Virus record (IMG/VR): IMGVR_UViG_2648501150_000009
Span: 1-5,689 of that record
Source of the DNA: a virus
Lineage: Duplodnaviria; Heunggongvirae; Uroviricota; Caudoviricetes
Reading direction: 5' to 3' (one strand)
Length of the DNA: 5,689 nt
A program made the position numbers and the translations under genes. Below, one piece after another: positions 5,582 to 5,689 of this stretch. Positions within the stretch are counted from its first letter, which is position 1; each line of letters opens with the position of its first letter. Under the pieces are notes generated by a model. The model saw only the letters and a list, made by a program, of their open reading frames with translations, had not been told where the DNA came from and did no database searches.

Positions 5582-5689
5582 GCGAAATTAATTACCAGGC
5601 ACTGCGTGAGGTGGCGGAACGTGCAATTCCAGCAATGGAACGCCTGTTAATGTTGCCAGCTGATGATGACTTGTTAAGTGAACAGGAAC
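5578..5689 (+). CDS. 5' end of a downstream CDS (partial); N-terminus resembles the 60-aa ORF at 4896
   Basis: GTG at 5578 overlaps the upstream stop (GTGA) and follows AAGGAGG (5565-5570). The frame stays open to the window end (VSEINYQALREVAERAIPAMERLLMLPADDDLLSEQE…). Confidence 0.6.
   Translation, partial: MSEINYQALREVAERAIPAMERLLMLPADDDLLSEQE

Noticed and set aside
1-5689. tRNA/rRNA genes, CRISPR arrays, IS elements or att sites
   Set aside because: There are no regularly spaced direct repeats, no terminal inverted repeats flanking a transposase-like ORF, and no cloverleaf-like or rRNA-like segments. The window is essentially all protein-coding on one strand.

Overview
The window is a single densely packed + strand operon that looks like a lambdoid (Enterobacteriaceae-type) prophage accessory/early region. 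I call 13 + strand CDSs, two of them truncated by the window edges: an upstream gene 3' end (1..332), an Ead/Ea22-like coiled-coil protein (341..1126), four small translationally coupled ORFs (one membrane protein, two strongly acidic), a lambda-PPase-type Ser/Thr phosphatase (2169..2861), the only real intergenic gap with a sigma70-like promoter candidate (2862..2959), a 331-aa protein with a C-terminal HNH/His-Me-finger-like Cys motif (2960..3955), two Cys-rich proteins (3969..4262, 4255..4899), a 60-aa ORF (4896..5078), a second Ea22-like paralog (5075..5581) and the start of another gene (5578..>5689). Almost every junction is a 4-nt ATGA/GTGA stop/start overlap preceded by a Shine-Dalgarno sequence. 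I see no tRNA, rRNA, CRISPR array, IS element or att site. All family assignments come from motif recognition by eye and need a database search to confirm. The most interesting signals are the paralogous Ea22-like genes bracketing the cassette, a reused 15-nt RBS/start junction motif, and the promoter-led three-gene Cys-rich module at 2898..4899 as a candidate uncharacterised phage accessory system.
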